Below are positions 38,885-49,045 of a DNA stretch of 64,000 bases, in pieces. Within the stretch, counting starts at the first letter, position 1; each line of letters starts with the position of its first letter. Location: NCBI GenBank assembly GCA_963840035.1, contig CAWIXE010000003.1:256001-320000 (forward strand), given 5' to 3'. The notes under the pieces are model-generated. The model was not told the origin of the DNA, ran no database searches, and saw only the letters and a program-made list of their open reading frames with translations. The position numbers were made by a program, and so were the translations under genes. Source of the stretch: a candidate division FCPU426 bacterium (lineage in GTDB: Bacteria; Oederibacteriota; PGYV01; Palsa-1178).

Positions 38885-39817
38885 CTATTCCGGCATCTCT
38901 CCCGGATTGTTCACCAGGAAGGAAACGTGTTCTTTTAAGAGTTTGGTGGAATCAAAAGAAAGCCCAAATTCCTTTTTTATTTTGTCCACTTTATACAGGC
39001 GGGGCTTGTTTGACCAGCCCAGGTCCTTTAATACTATCTTTGCGTCAGGTTTTCCTTTGCGCAGGGGGCGCGAAAAGTCCACTGCCCATTTTGCCACGTT
39101 TTCCCATGTTTCAAAATTCTTTGCCAGCCCGTAGTAAACCTGGTTGGTAGCCCTGCCCGCAAGCACTTCCACGTAAATCTCAGCCAAATGCCCGGCCCAT
39201 ATAAACTGCGTCCCGTCGTGTTTTATAAGCTCAATGGTTTTTCCCGATGCGGCGTTCCTGCAGATATCAAAAAATCTTTTGTCATTTTCCATGGCCCCGC
39301 CGGCAACAGCCGGGTTGCCGAAAGTATATCCGGGCCTGATGGTGTTGAAATGGATGTGTTTGAAATATTTTGAATAAGCAGAGAGGAACATCTCCGTGGA
39401 AGCCTTGGTAGCCCCGTAAAAATCATCCGGCTGGGGTTTTGCGGTCTCGTCAGTATTGCCGGATAGGCTGCCCTGGGCTGCCGTGGAAGAGGTAAATATA
39501 ATCTTCTTCGCGCCCGCCTTAATGCCAAGTTCAATGAGTTTTACGGAAGAGAGGGTTTCATTTAGTATCATATCAGGCCCGGTATCGCCCCAGCAAAGGG
39601 CGATGTGCACAAGGGCATCGGGTTTTTTAATGACGCGCTTTAAGGCGGCAAAGTCATCCATAGGAGCCTTCACCACGCGTACGCCCTTTAAGTCCTTCAA
39701 CCCCGGAGCCTTTTTAGGGTTCCTGGCCAGGACTATGACTTCATGCTTGTTTTCGCTCAAAGCCTTCACCACATAAGACCCAATAAACCCGGTACCGCCG
39801 GTAACGTAGATTTTCAT
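38885..39817 (-). CDS. NAD-dependent epimerase/dehydratase (extended SDR)
   Basis: VTGGTGFIG, FTSST and YGATK motifs. Confidence 0.92.
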   Translation of the reverse strand: MKIYVTGGTGFIGSYVVKALSENKHEVIVLARNPKKAPGLKDLKGVRVVKAPMDDFAALKRVIKKPDALVHIALCWGDTGPDMILNETLSSVKLIELGIKAGAKKIIFTSSTAAQGSLSGNTDETAKPQPDDFYGATKASTEMFLSAYSKYFKHIHFNTIRPGYTFGNPAVAGGAMENDKRFFDICRNAASGKTIELIKHDGTQFIWAGHLAEIYVEVLAGRATNQVYYGLAKNFETWENVAKWAVDFSRPLRKGKPDAKIVLKDLGWSNKPRLYKVDKIKKEFGLSFDSTKLLKEHVSFLVNNPGEMPE

Positions 39818-39885
39818 AAACCCTCCTGGTTGTTATAGCGTAATAATTATAGCATATTTTAATTTAAAACAAAAGGTTCCCACCC

Positions 39886-40112
39886 GGAGAGCCAGCAAGC
39901 CGGCTCTCTACAGGTTAATCACAAAAATACAAAGTTATCGTAGAGAGGGGGCTTGCCCCTCTCTAACGCAGGACTACATTGGGAGCAGGCAAGGCAGTTC
40001 TTTACAATAATTTGTAGAAGGCGAATATCATGCGCACGAGCTTTAAACCCTGTGGCAGGTGGCTTGCTAATGCCGGCGTTTAGGGCCGGCAGGATATAAT
40101 CCTGCCGCTACG
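39886..40112. repeat. Cluster of GTAG-type REP-like palindromes
   Basis: gagagccagcaagccggctctctac; gtagagagggggcttgcccctctct; ggcaggatataatcctgccgctac. Confidence 0.65.
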
Positions 40113-40216
40113 AAATGCGTAAAAATAATATTGACTTTTAAATTATTTTTTATATAATCTTGCGTTATAGAGGGGCAGAGCTAAACTTGCCAAATTTTTA
40201 CCCGGAGGGGAAAAGT

Positions 40217-41842
40217 ATGTCTACAAGGTGGGCTAAGTGTATTTTGTTATTTCTATTTTTACCTGTTTTATCATCCGCGAACGCGGGGTTTGAAATGGGG
40301 GTTTTTGGCGGCGTAAGCAGCGCTAAGATGGGGGCGTATAACGACTTCATCAGCCAGGCAAACAGCTACAACACTTCACTGGGAATTAATTCATCACTCA
40401 AGACTATCGGAATAGGCGCCATGCCTGAGTTAGTTGCCGGTTACAATCTGGACATCGCGCCGTTTTACCCTGGTATTTATTTTAAAAACAATTCCATGTT
40501 TGTCTTTGACACCAAAAGCAGCGCCGCCTGGAATAACGGCATTTTGGCGCAGGTCATCAGGGCTGATTTCTCCACAGTTTACAGCGCCTTAGGCATAAGG
40601 TGCAGTTACACTGACGCGGCTATTCCATGGCTGTCAGGATATATAGGGGTTGACGCTGGCATATGCCACTACTACGCAAATTACATGGAAGAGGAAGCGT
40701 ATAAGATTGACGGTGGAAACCTGTATAAGATAAGGAAAGAGTGGAAGACGGCCATACCGGGCGGGTCGCTGGAAGGCGGCATGAACTTCTGGCTCAATGA
40801 AACCATGGGGTTAGGCTTAAAAGGCGGCTACAGGATTGCAATGGGTAAAGTGGCTGTGAGGATAAAAAACATAAGCGGGTGGACAGGCGAGAGCCAGGGC
40901 GAGGATTCCGTGGATTATTCGGGTTTTTACGGCGGTGCGGGAATAGTATTTAAGTTCGCGCAGCCTGCAGGGCCGGACAGGGCCATAGAAGCGGGAAAGG
41001 GCGGCCAGTTCCCGGAACTTGCAGGAAAGCTTTATAACGAGGCATATGATTACTACACGGAGGGGATATACAGGCTGGCTGACGAGAAATTAACGCAGGC
41101 TGAAAAACTTTCCCCGGGCAATAAACTGGTTGGAGAACTGAAAGAAAAATTATCCGTAGAGCTGAAGGCGGAAAAAAGCGCTGCAAGGGTTGAGAAGTTG
41201 ATTAATGAAGCTGACGCGCTCCGCGCCGGAGGCAAATATGCCAGGGCCAGGGTGAGGTATTCCGAGGTTAAGGCGGCTGACCCGTCAAATGAAACATCTG
41301 ATTTCTTTTTAAAGCAGTTTGACGCGAAAGCGGATGAGGCGGCTATTAACGCTGAAAATTTTGAAAAAGAAGGGAATTTGAAAAAAGCCCTTGACGCATA
41401 TAAGGAGGCGGCAGAATACGGTGATGAAGATAAGGAAATAAAGGGTAACATAAGCAGGCTGAAAGACCTGCTAAAAATAAAAGATGACAAGAACAGCATA
41501 TATAACGAAGGCGTTGACAGTTATAGAAAAGGCAATTACAGGAAGGCCGCGGAGCTGTGGGAAGAGGTATTGAAACTTGACCCTGCCGACACTGAAGCGT
41601 CCGCAAACCTTAAATTGGCGAGGAAAAAAGCCGGGGATACCCTGGATACGGAAAAAAAGCAGGTTGAAAAGTCGGTCGAAGAGGCTAAAAACGAATTTAG
41701 TATAGGCCGCATGGAAGAGGCGACAAAAAAATGCGAATACGCGCTCAGGCTGGACCCGGGCAACGCGGATTGCATCAAGATAATGAATGATATAAAAAAA
41801 GCGCAGGAGACGGAAAAAGAAGAAGTAATGAATAAAAGATAA
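40217..41842 (+). CDS. Outer-membrane beta-barrel fused to C-terminal TPR repeats
   Basis: Signal peptide; barrel ending DYSGFYGGAGIVFKF; TPR helices (YRKAAELWEEVLKLDP, ALRLDPGN). Confidence 0.75.
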   Translation: MSTRWAKCILLFLFLPVLSSANAGFEMGVFGGVSSAKMGAYNDFISQANSYNTSLGINSSLKTIGIGAMPELVAGYNLDIAPFYPGIYFKNNSMFVFDTKSSAAWNNGILAQVIRADFSTVYSALGIRCSYTDAAIPWLSGYIGVDAGICHYYANYMEEEAYKIDGGNLYKIRKEWKTAIPGGSLEGGMNFWLNETMGLGLKGGYRIAMGKVAVRIKNISGWTGESQGEDSVDYSGFYGGAGIVFKFAQPAGPDRAIEAGKGGQFPELAGKLYNEAYDYYTEGIYRLADEKLTQAEKLSPGNKLVGELKEKLSVELKAEKSAARVEKLINEADALRAGGKYARARVRYSEVKAADPSNETSDFFLKQFDAKADEAAINAENFEKEGNLKKALDAYKEAAEYGDEDKEIKGNISRLKDLLKIKDDKNSIYNEGVDSYRKGNYRKAAELWEEVLKLDPADTEASANLKLARKKAGDTLDTEKKQVEKSVEEAKNEFSIGRMEEATKKCEYALRLDPGNADCIKIMNDIKKAQETEKEEVMNKR

Positions 41843-41858
41843 AAATATAGGGGGGAAT

Positions 41859-43130
41859 ATGAAAAAGACATGCGTGATTTTTGTGCTGGTTTTTGTAATG
41901 CTTGCAATACTTGCAGGTTGTAACAACAAGGGCCCCGCAGGCCCGCTGGGTGTAAACAAAATCCAACTGACCTTTACCCCAACATGCACGCCGGATGCAA
42001 ATTTTAAGGTATTTGTAAACGAAGCAGGCACGCCAATGCCGAACGTACTGATACAAGCCGCGCCCAAAAGCGCGACATACACAGTGGAAGCGTTAACAGA
42101 CAGCAGCGGCATGGCGTGGATAAAGGTAAATAGCGGAGGGGAGTGGCAGGTGAAGATGAACGGATTTTCAGGATACGACAGCGTCTTTAATAACGTAGAG
42201 CCGTTAAAGACACCGGTTTATAACGTAAACCTGGGTAAGCAGACTTTAAACCTGGAGCTAATTTCCGGCAGCGCGAGTCTGGGTATTGCGCCGTCAACAT
42301 TGGTATACAGGTTGACGTATAATACACTTGCAAATAGGCTCTATAACCTAGAATTCAAGGGCCTCCCAGATGACTTAACAGTAACCGCCTCGGCATTGCA
42401 GGTAAAGAATAATAATGACCAAGTGACGTTCAGTATAGATGTACCTAAGAGCTATGAAACAATAAAGCCAGATGGAGTATATGTATATGTGTCAGCGACG
42501 TCGTTACAGGGAGTTAGTAAGATTAAGTCTAAAGATGTAGAAGTAAAAAGAAATTGGGCTTTTAATGTGAAAGCTGATGTGAAGTTTGCGAAGACGTTTA
42601 TTTTTGAAGATCCAGAAGTAACACTTGGACAATCAGCGATACCGTATAGTTCTTCTTACGTTGGTAAGAAAACAAAATACTGGATTGGAGCAAAAAATTT
42701 TGTTCCGGAAATACAGAATTTTGTCTTAAGTGGGAATATGAAGGTTCAATATGTATCTCATGAATTGTGGGGAGAAATCCCTCAAATATATGACAATTAT
42801 ACAGGTTTAAGTAACATTGAATACTCTGAGGGCTATTATCAAGTTTTAATTAGGGCTGAATCTAATGCGGGATATGACTGGGTAAGGGATCACAACAATT
42901 CAGACGGGTCGATGACTTTAAGATTTTATGATGATAAAGATTTTAGTGTAATAAGATCATTTCATGTTCCGGGAAGTATGGGAACTTTATGTGGACATTA
43001 CCATCAAGTGTGTTTTGGATTGTACTTTTCTGCATTTGATAAATGTGGAAATTATCCAAATACAACCGGTTGTGTTTATGCGCCAATTAAAATGAAAAGA
43101 GTTAAAGAGGCAAATATTTACGGCGAATAA
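41859..43130 (+). CDS. Lipoprotein with Ig-like N-terminal domains and AT-rich Cys-containing C-terminal half
   Basis: Lipobox LAGC; GPLGVNKI.LT.TPTCTPD motif shared with the gene at 63736. Confidence 0.8.
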   Translation: MKKTCVIFVLVFVMLAILAGCNNKGPAGPLGVNKIQLTFTPTCTPDANFKVFVNEAGTPMPNVLIQAAPKSATYTVEALTDSSGMAWIKVNSGGEWQVKMNGFSGYDSVFNNVEPLKTPVYNVNLGKQTLNLELISGSASLGIAPSTLVYRLTYNTLANRLYNLEFKGLPDDLTVTASALQVKNNNDQVTFSIDVPKSYETIKPDGVYVYVSATSLQGVSKIKSKDVEVKRNWAFNVKADVKFAKTFIFEDPEVTLGQSAIPYSSSYVGKKTKYWIGAKNFVPEIQNFVLSGNMKVQYVSHELWGEIPQIYDNYTGLSNIEYSEGYYQVLIRAESNAGYDWVRDHNNSDGSMTLRFYDDKDFSVIRSFHVPGSMGTLCGHYHQVCFGLYFSAFDKCGNYPNTTGCVYAPIKMKRVKEANIYGE

Positions 43131-43210
43131 ATATAAATTATTAAATACTTGACCTCTTGTTTTTAATAGTTTATAATTTAAACGATTAAAATATATGGAG
43201 GTAATAATAA

Positions 43211-43714
43211 ATGAAAAGAGTAATTTTAATCGTTTGTGCAATTTTACTTTTTTTTAGTTTTAATGTCTCGGCCGCAAATGTGAAGATTGCTGGGCATTCA
43301 TTATCGTCAGGAGGAACTTATCTTGGCGCAAAAGGTCTTGGAATTGGTATATATTTAGGAAGAGCGGCAGCTATTAGTGCGAAAGCGTGGGTTGGCGGAG
43401 ATAATGCATTACAGTTTGATGCTGGTTGGGATTTTGGCGGGTATCTTGGATTTGGCGCGGCATATCTTGTCCATAATTTTGATATCATTCAAGTTGAAGG
43501 CAATAGAGTACCCCTATATTTTGGTATTAAAGGATATGGTTCGTTAAATCCTGCAGGTGTTGAAATAGGAGTGCAAGTTCCGCTTGGAATATCATGGATA
43601 TTCAGAACTGCACCAATAGATATTTTTCTTCAGGTTGAACCAGGCATACAAATAGTACCTAGGACCACAGGCTCTTGGAACGGTGGTATAGGCATAAGGT
43701 ACTGGCTTAATTAA
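43211..43714 (+). CDS. Small outer-membrane beta-barrel (DUF3996-like)
   Basis: Signal peptide; GLGIGIYLG...VPLGIS...GGIGIRYW; AT-rich. Confidence 0.7.
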   Translation: MKRVILIVCAILLFFSFNVSAANVKIAGHSLSSGGTYLGAKGLGIGIYLGRAAAISAKAWVGGDNALQFDAGWDFGGYLGFGAAYLVHNFDIIQVEGNRVPLYFGIKGYGSLNPAGVEIGVQVPLGISWIFRTAPIDIFLQVEPGIQIVPRTTGSWNGGIGIRYWLN

Positions 43715-43730
43715 CATTCTATAACTACAC

Positions 43731-43763
43731 AAAAAGCCCCGGTTCGCCGGGGCTTTTTTATTT
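43731..43763 (+). terminator. Intrinsic terminator
   Basis: aaaaagccccgg-ttcg-ccggggctttttt. Confidence 0.85.
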
Positions 43764-43968
43764 ATAAAAGCCTTGAAAAACAGCCAAACAGGTTTATAAT
43801 ATGCGTGTTGAGAAGGCAGCCCCCTCTCCCTCGAAGGGAGAGGGCTGGGGAGAGGGTGAAGTAGCGGCAATCTGGCTCGAAGGTGAAATGTGCTTTGCTG
43901 ATGCATCACGCCAATACTCTACTTTCTCCTTTAGAGGGACAATGTATTAAATCTATACAGGAGATGCT

Positions 43969-46161
43969 ATGAAAATACGTTCAATTGTCATTGTACTTAT
44001 ATTAATGGCGCTACCGCTCACTCTTTTTTCCGCCATTACAGCCATCCCTAACGCCACGACCTTCACCGTCTATGACCTCCTCGAAGTAACCATTAACTCC
44101 GACTTTGGGGCTAAGAATCCTTATGACTACGGCGAGATAAATGTTCAGGCTTCCTTTAAGACTCCTGAGGGGCGGACTTTGATGGCTGATGGGTTTTATA
44201 TGAGGGAGTTTGATTACTCTTATGACTCAAACAACTATACTGAAAAGGCCGGGTGTTTTAAGGTCAGATATACTCCTTCAAAAGCCGGGAACTGGAAGTA
44301 CTCAATACGTGCCGTAAAGAATGGCAAGGAGGTTTTTCGTTCGGAGGAAAAGAAGTTTACTGTGGCTAAGAATCCTGCCCGTCGCGGATTTTTGAAGGTC
44401 AGTAAGAATGACCCTCTTTTTCTTGAGTTTGATAATAAGGAATCATTTTTTGGAATCGGGCAGAACCTCGCGTGGTCCGCGCAGAATGACCTTTTGGATT
44501 ACCGTAAGTGGATGGGGAAGATGCGGGATAACGGGGCTAATATGGCGCGCATCTGGATGGCAGCCTGGGGGCTTGGCATTGAGTGGGATACTCAGATGGG
44601 GGATTATGGGCCGCGGCAGAAACGCGCTTTTATGCTGGATGAGATTTTGCGGCTGGCTAAGGCTGATGATATTTACATTATGCTTACACTCATATCGCAC
44701 GGGGAATATACTTCTAAGATAAATCCCGAATGGGACCGTAACCCTTACAATTCTAAAAATGAAGGCGTCCTTGACTCGCCTGAGCAGTTCTTTACAAACC
44801 AGGCTGCGCGGGCGGCTTTTAAGAACCGGATGCGCTACATCATGGCGCGCTGGGGCTTTTCGCAGAACATTATGGCGTGGGAATTATTTAACGAAGTTGA
44901 CCTTACCGAAAACTACAACTCCACTGCGGTGGCTGAATGGCACTCTGACATATTTGATTTCATCAAATCCAGGGACTCATATAAACACCTGCTTACAACT
45001 TCATTTTCAAACCCAAACAAGGACCCTGAAGTGTGGAACCTAAGCCAGATAGATATCGTGCAGACGCACATGTACGGGATGAAGGACGAGGCAGGGCAGA
45101 TATATGAGGCTTCAAAGAACAAGCTCGACACTTATGCCAGGCCGCATATCTTTGGCGAGTTTGGCGTGGGGTCTGACGACCAGTGGATAAAGGATAACAA
45201 GGATCCCAACGGGGTTAGCATTCATAATGCCATCTGGGCAGGGGCATTCACCCTCTCATGCGCCGCGCCCATGCCGTGGTACTGGGATAATTACATAGAG
45301 CCAAAGGACATTTACACGGTTTATAAGCCCCTGCGCGAGTTCGTGAAGAACTTAAAATGGGACAAAGAAAGCTTTTATGACCTGCAGTCCAGGGATGTTT
45401 TCTTTAAAAAAGTACCTGCCGGCTCAAAAGGCGGGGACGCGGTCCTGTACCCTGTTGACGCGTGGGAAAAGGCTTCAAAGACCGAGTTTATGTTAAAGCC
45501 TGACGGGACTTTTACAAATAAGAACGGCTTTATATCGTTTCTATACGGCGCCGGACACCCTGAGATGAAGACAAACCCCATAATCTCATTTGAGAACGAG
45601 ATGCCGATTAAGATGGTGGTTAAGGTAAATAAGATATCGGCAAAGAACGAGCTGGCTATTTCCATAAACAAGCAGCCGGCGCTCTCGGTGGAGCTTAACG
45701 CGGAAGATTTTGACACGAAAAAATACCTGGCTGAATACAAGATATACCAGTCAGAGATTTCCAGGGAAATAACGCTTGAAATACCCCCGGGCGACAATGA
45801 TATCATGTTTGAGAACGAAGGCGATGACTGGATACACATAGAGTCCATAAAATTCGAGAATTATTTAAGTTCTTCGGTTGCGCCTGTTTTTGTGTCTGGC
45901 GTGCAGGGCAAGTCGTCTGCTTACCTGTGGTTGAAGAATAAAAAATACAGTTATGAAAACCAGGCGCCGGAACCCGTGGCTCCAAGCTACCTGGACATTG
46001 CGGGGCTGCTGCCCGGCAGGTATGTGATAACGTACTTTGACACATATGAAGGCAAGACCATAAAGATAGCTGAAGACATAGTTGAAGAAGAAACGCTCAG
46101 GGTATCAATTCCTGAGCTGGCAAAAGATATCGCGGTAAAGGTCGAGAAGTATAAGAAGTAG
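43969..46161 (+). CDS. Secreted DUF5060 + GH5-like glycoside hydrolase (mannanase/cellulase-like)
   Basis: NPYD...DGFY N-domain; WELFNEV acid/base motif and FGEFG nucleophile motif; WYWD. Confidence 0.8.
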   Translation: MKIRSIVIVLILMALPLTLFSAITAIPNATTFTVYDLLEVTINSDFGAKNPYDYGEINVQASFKTPEGRTLMADGFYMREFDYSYDSNNYTEKAGCFKVRYTPSKAGNWKYSIRAVKNGKEVFRSEEKKFTVAKNPARRGFLKVSKNDPLFLEFDNKESFFGIGQNLAWSAQNDLLDYRKWMGKMRDNGANMARIWMAAWGLGIEWDTQMGDYGPRQKRAFMLDEILRLAKADDIYIMLTLISHGEYTSKINPEWDRNPYNSKNEGVLDSPEQFFTNQAARAAFKNRMRYIMARWGFSQNIMAWELFNEVDLTENYNSTAVAEWHSDIFDFIKSRDSYKHLLTTSFSNPNKDPEVWNLSQIDIVQTHMYGMKDEAGQIYEASKNKLDTYARPHIFGEFGVGSDDQWIKDNKDPNGVSIHNAIWAGAFTLSCAAPMPWYWDNYIEPKDIYTVYKPLREFVKNLKWDKESFYDLQSRDVFFKKVPAGSKGGDAVLYPVDAWEKASKTEFMLKPDGTFTNKNGFISFLYGAGHPEMKTNPIISFENEMPIKMVVKVNKISAKNELAISINKQPALSVELNAEDFDTKKYLAEYKIYQSEISREITLEIPPGDNDIMFENEGDDWIHIESIKFENYLSSSVAPVFVSGVQGKSSAYLWLKNKKYSYENQAPEPVAPSYLDIAGLLPGRYVITYFDTYEGKTIKIAEDIVEEETLRVSIPELAKDIAVKVEKYKK

Positions 46162-46197
46162 GTTTTGCGGGCGTGTTTATGTGTCAGTGTTTAGATC

Positions 46198-46269
46198 TTG
46201 TAGGAGCAATACATGAATTGCCCCTACAAAGGCCATAAAAAAGTTGGTAGCCGCAACCTTCAGGTTGCG
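46198..46269. repeat. Collapsed GTAG REP plus GGTAGCCGCAACC palindrome
   Basis: ttgtaggagcaatacatgaattgcccctacaa; ggtagccgcaaccttcaggttgcg. Confidence 0.7.
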
Positions 46270-46282
46270 AAAGGGAGAAGCC

Positions 46283-47020
46283 GTGAGAAGAGAAATGCTT
46301 GAGATTTTAAAGGATAAGAAAGCCCTTAAAGACGCTGGGATGTTTATCGTTGATACAGAGAAGATACTTGGCGAAGCCATCGCTGCCGGGTTTCAGATAA
46401 AGTATTTCTTTTATTCGGAAAAGGGCGGCTGGGTATATGACAAGCACGGCTCAGGCATTGATTTTGAAAAAGTGGATTTTACCAAGGACAGCTACATAGA
46501 CAGGTTTGCCTCGGTTAAGACTCACCAGGGGTTCCTTGCTGTGGTGCAGGTGGAAAACAGGGCCATAACTGATTTAGCAGCCATGGATAAGGCCGTACTC
46601 CTTGACAACATACAGGACCCGGCAAATGTTGGCGCCATATTGCGCAGCGGCTGCGCTTTCGGGTTTACAAACTATTTATTAATCAACAGCGCCTCCATTT
46701 ATTCCGAGAAGACCATCAGGGCTTCGGCAGGCGCGGCTTTTCAGGTATTTACCAGGGCTGTGGAAGAAAAGGATATAAAGGATTTAAAAGGCCAGTTTAA
46801 AATAGCGGCAACTGACGTTAAAATAGGCGTGGATGTAGCAAGCCTAAAAAAAGAATTAAGCGGAAAATACATACTGATATTAAGCAACGAAGGCCAGGGC
46901 ATTTCGCCGGGCCTGGGAAAGATAGCCGACGTGAGGGTGAAGATAAACTACCCGGGAAAAGTAGAGTCATTAAACGTAGCCGCGGCAGCGGCAATAATGT
47001 TTTACGAACTGGGGAAATAG
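46283..47020 (+). CDS. TrmH/SpoU family RNA methyltransferase
   Basis: LDNIQDPANVGAILRS, NEGQGIS and ESLNVAAAA motifs. Confidence 0.9.
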   Translation: MRREMLEILKDKKALKDAGMFIVDTEKILGEAIAAGFQIKYFFYSEKGGWVYDKHGSGIDFEKVDFTKDSYIDRFASVKTHQGFLAVVQVENRAITDLAAMDKAVLLDNIQDPANVGAILRSGCAFGFTNYLLINSASIYSEKTIRASAGAAFQVFTRAVEEKDIKDLKGQFKIAATDVKIGVDVASLKKELSGKYILILSNEGQGISPGLGKIADVRVKINYPGKVESLNVAAAAAIMFYELGK

Positions 47021-47031
47021 GGGTTTTAGTC

Positions 47032-47138
47032 TGTCATTGCGAGCGAAGCGAAGCAATTCCGCTGTTTTGCACACGGGCGCTTAACAACAGCAAGATTGCT
47101 TCGTCGCCATAAAACAAATACGCCTCCTCGCAATGACA
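47032..47138. repeat. TGTCATTGCGAG palindromic miniature element (no insert)
   Basis: tgtcattgcgagcgaagcgaagcaat...gattgcttcgtcg...ctcgcaatgaca. Confidence 0.85.
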
Positions 47139-47167
47139 ATCAAAAAATAAATAAATCGGAGGTCTTT

Positions 47168-48400
47168 ATGAAAAAACGCCTTTTTGCCATCATCTTTATC
47201 TTTATCTGTTCAGCCATAGCCTGGTTCATTCTCGGCGGCATTACCTTAAAGCGCACATATATGCAGGACGACAAGCTGCGCGGGTCAGTGGGGCAGATGT
47301 GGGGAACGGCCCAGTACCAGAAGGCCCCGTCTGTTTACTATGAGGTAAAAACAAAGCGCAAGGTATCAACGGAAGTAAATGACAGGACAGTGGAAAAGAT
47401 GGAGGATGTCACTGACCAGTACCCGGTAAATTTAGAATCCACGGATATTAAGGCGGCGTTTGATCTGGACTACAGGAAAAAAGGGCTGCTGTGGTACTCC
47501 ACATACAAAGTGAAGTTTTCGGCGAAATACGAGGTCATAAATCCGCTGGCTACAATAAAGCAGCTGAATTTTTATTATTATTTCCCGACATCAGAGGGGG
47601 TATATGACAACTTCGTCATTAAAGTCGACGGGGTAGTGCCGCAGGGCGGGTTAAAGCCTCAGGACGGCCAGATAAGCACCGGCATAATATGCGCGCCGGG
47701 CACGAAGCACAGCGTGGAGATAGCGTACGACTCACAGGGGCTGGATAACTGGTGGTACCAGTTCGGCACGGGCGTTACGCAGGTTAAGAACTTCAGCCTG
47801 GTGATGACGACCAACTTTGACAAGATAAATTTCCCGGGCAACAGCATGTCGCCATCTGAGAAGAAAAAATCAGGCAAAGGCTGGGAGCTTTCCTGGCAGT
47901 ATAAGAACCTTTTGTCAGGCACACAGATAGGCCTTGAAATGCCCAAAAAACTGAACCCCGGACCTTTTGCAAGCCAGGTGAGCTTTTTTGCGCCTGTGTC
48001 CCTCTTCTTTTTCTTCTTTTTGATGTTTATCATTACCGCCATTAAGGAAGTAAAAATACACCCCATGAACTATTTCTTTCTGGCGGCGTCATTCTTCAGT
48101 TTCCACCTGCTTATGGCTTATTTGGCCGATGTGGTGGATATTTACCTGGCATTTATCATAGCGTCAGTTGTTTCAATATTCCTCGTCATAAGCTACATGA
48201 GGCTGGTGGTAGGCCCGAAATTCGCCTTTGTCGAGGTGGGTATATCGCAGTTCGTGTACCTGGTTCTGTTCTCCTCGGCATTCTTCCTGGAAGGGTATAC
48301 AGGGCTTATGGTCACGATACTTGCCATCATAACATTGTTCGTTGTCATGCAGGTGACCGGCAAGGTGGACTGGGAAAAGCAGTTCGCGGATAAGAAGTAG
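47168..48400 (+). CDS. CreD-like inner membrane protein
   Basis: N-terminal TM, periplasmic domain and about 6 C-terminal TMs with HPMNY...FHLLMAYL. Confidence 0.75.
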   Translation: MKKRLFAIIFIFICSAIAWFILGGITLKRTYMQDDKLRGSVGQMWGTAQYQKAPSVYYEVKTKRKVSTEVNDRTVEKMEDVTDQYPVNLESTDIKAAFDLDYRKKGLLWYSTYKVKFSAKYEVINPLATIKQLNFYYYFPTSEGVYDNFVIKVDGVVPQGGLKPQDGQISTGIICAPGTKHSVEIAYDSQGLDNWWYQFGTGVTQVKNFSLVMTTNFDKINFPGNSMSPSEKKKSGKGWELSWQYKNLLSGTQIGLEMPKKLNPGPFASQVSFFAPVSLFFFFFLMFIITAIKEVKIHPMNYFFLAASFFSFHLLMAYLADVVDIYLAFIIASVVSIFLVISYMRLVVGPKFAFVEVGISQFVYLVLFSSAFFLEGYTGLMVTILAIITLFVVMQVTGKVDWEKQFADKK

Positions 48401-48411
48401 GGACCGCGAAT

Positions 48412-48867
48412 ATGGCGCCTAAAATCAAATCGGGTGTTATTGATGAAGATAAAAAAAAGGCGGTTTTTTTTAAGAAAATAAGCCCATCCCTTAAGAAATT
48501 TATAAAAAAATACAAGCCTGAAGTCGGCAAATACCGTTTTGACAGCCCTTCATGGACGTTGTATTTTAGCCATCCGGACGGCGGGGCTATGGATGTGGTG
48601 GTCATGATGTTAAATGATTTAAAAGGCGAATTGAGGGTTTCCAGGAAAATCATAGATCTGAAGAAAAAGGAAATAAGGACAAAGCATGACAGAAAAGCGT
48701 TTAATATAAAAGAGGATGTTTGTAGTTCCATGGAAAAATATTTAAAAAAGACTGTTGCGTGGGACATGACTGATGCGGAAGTAAAAAAGATCGGTTTATT
48801 TGACAATAGGCGGGAGCTTGAGCAAAGAAAAAATATTTTGGATTCGTTTCCGAAGATTATTTTTTGA
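48412..48867 (+). CDS. Hypothetical protein
   Basis: 151-aa ORF closely following the upstream gene. Confidence 0.55.
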   Translation: MAPKIKSGVIDEDKKKAVFFKKISPSLKKFIKKYKPEVGKYRFDSPSWTLYFSHPDGGAMDVVVMMLNDLKGELRVSRKIIDLKKKEIRTKHDRKAFNIKEDVCSSMEKYLKKTVAWDMTDAEVKKIGLFDNRRELEQRKNILDSFPKIIF

Positions 48868-48878
48868 TTTGAGGTACT

Positions 48879-48960
48879 TGTAGAGACGCGACTTGCTGCG
48901 TCTCAGACGAAGAAGTCTTAAATCATGCAAAGGCGAGACACAGCAAGCTGTGTCTCTACA
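48879..48960. repeat. GTAG-type REP doublet
   Basis: tgtagagacgcgacttgctgcgtctc ... gagacacagcaagctgtgtctctaca. Confidence 0.8.
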
Positions 48961-49002
48961 AAAAACAGAAACAGAGCCATCACAATGACGGACAACCCAA
49001 AT

Positions 49003-49032
49003 AAAAAAGGCGGCCTTTCGGCCGCCTTTTTG
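49003..49032. terminator. Bidirectional terminator
   Basis: aaaaaaggcggcc-tttc-ggccgccttttt. Confidence 0.85.
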
Positions 49033-49045
49033 TTAATCCCTTGCT

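Noticed and set aside
40131..40216. Riboswitch in the leader of the barrel-TPR gene
   Set aside because: No recognisable aptamer consensus; only a short shared motif with 63600-63660.
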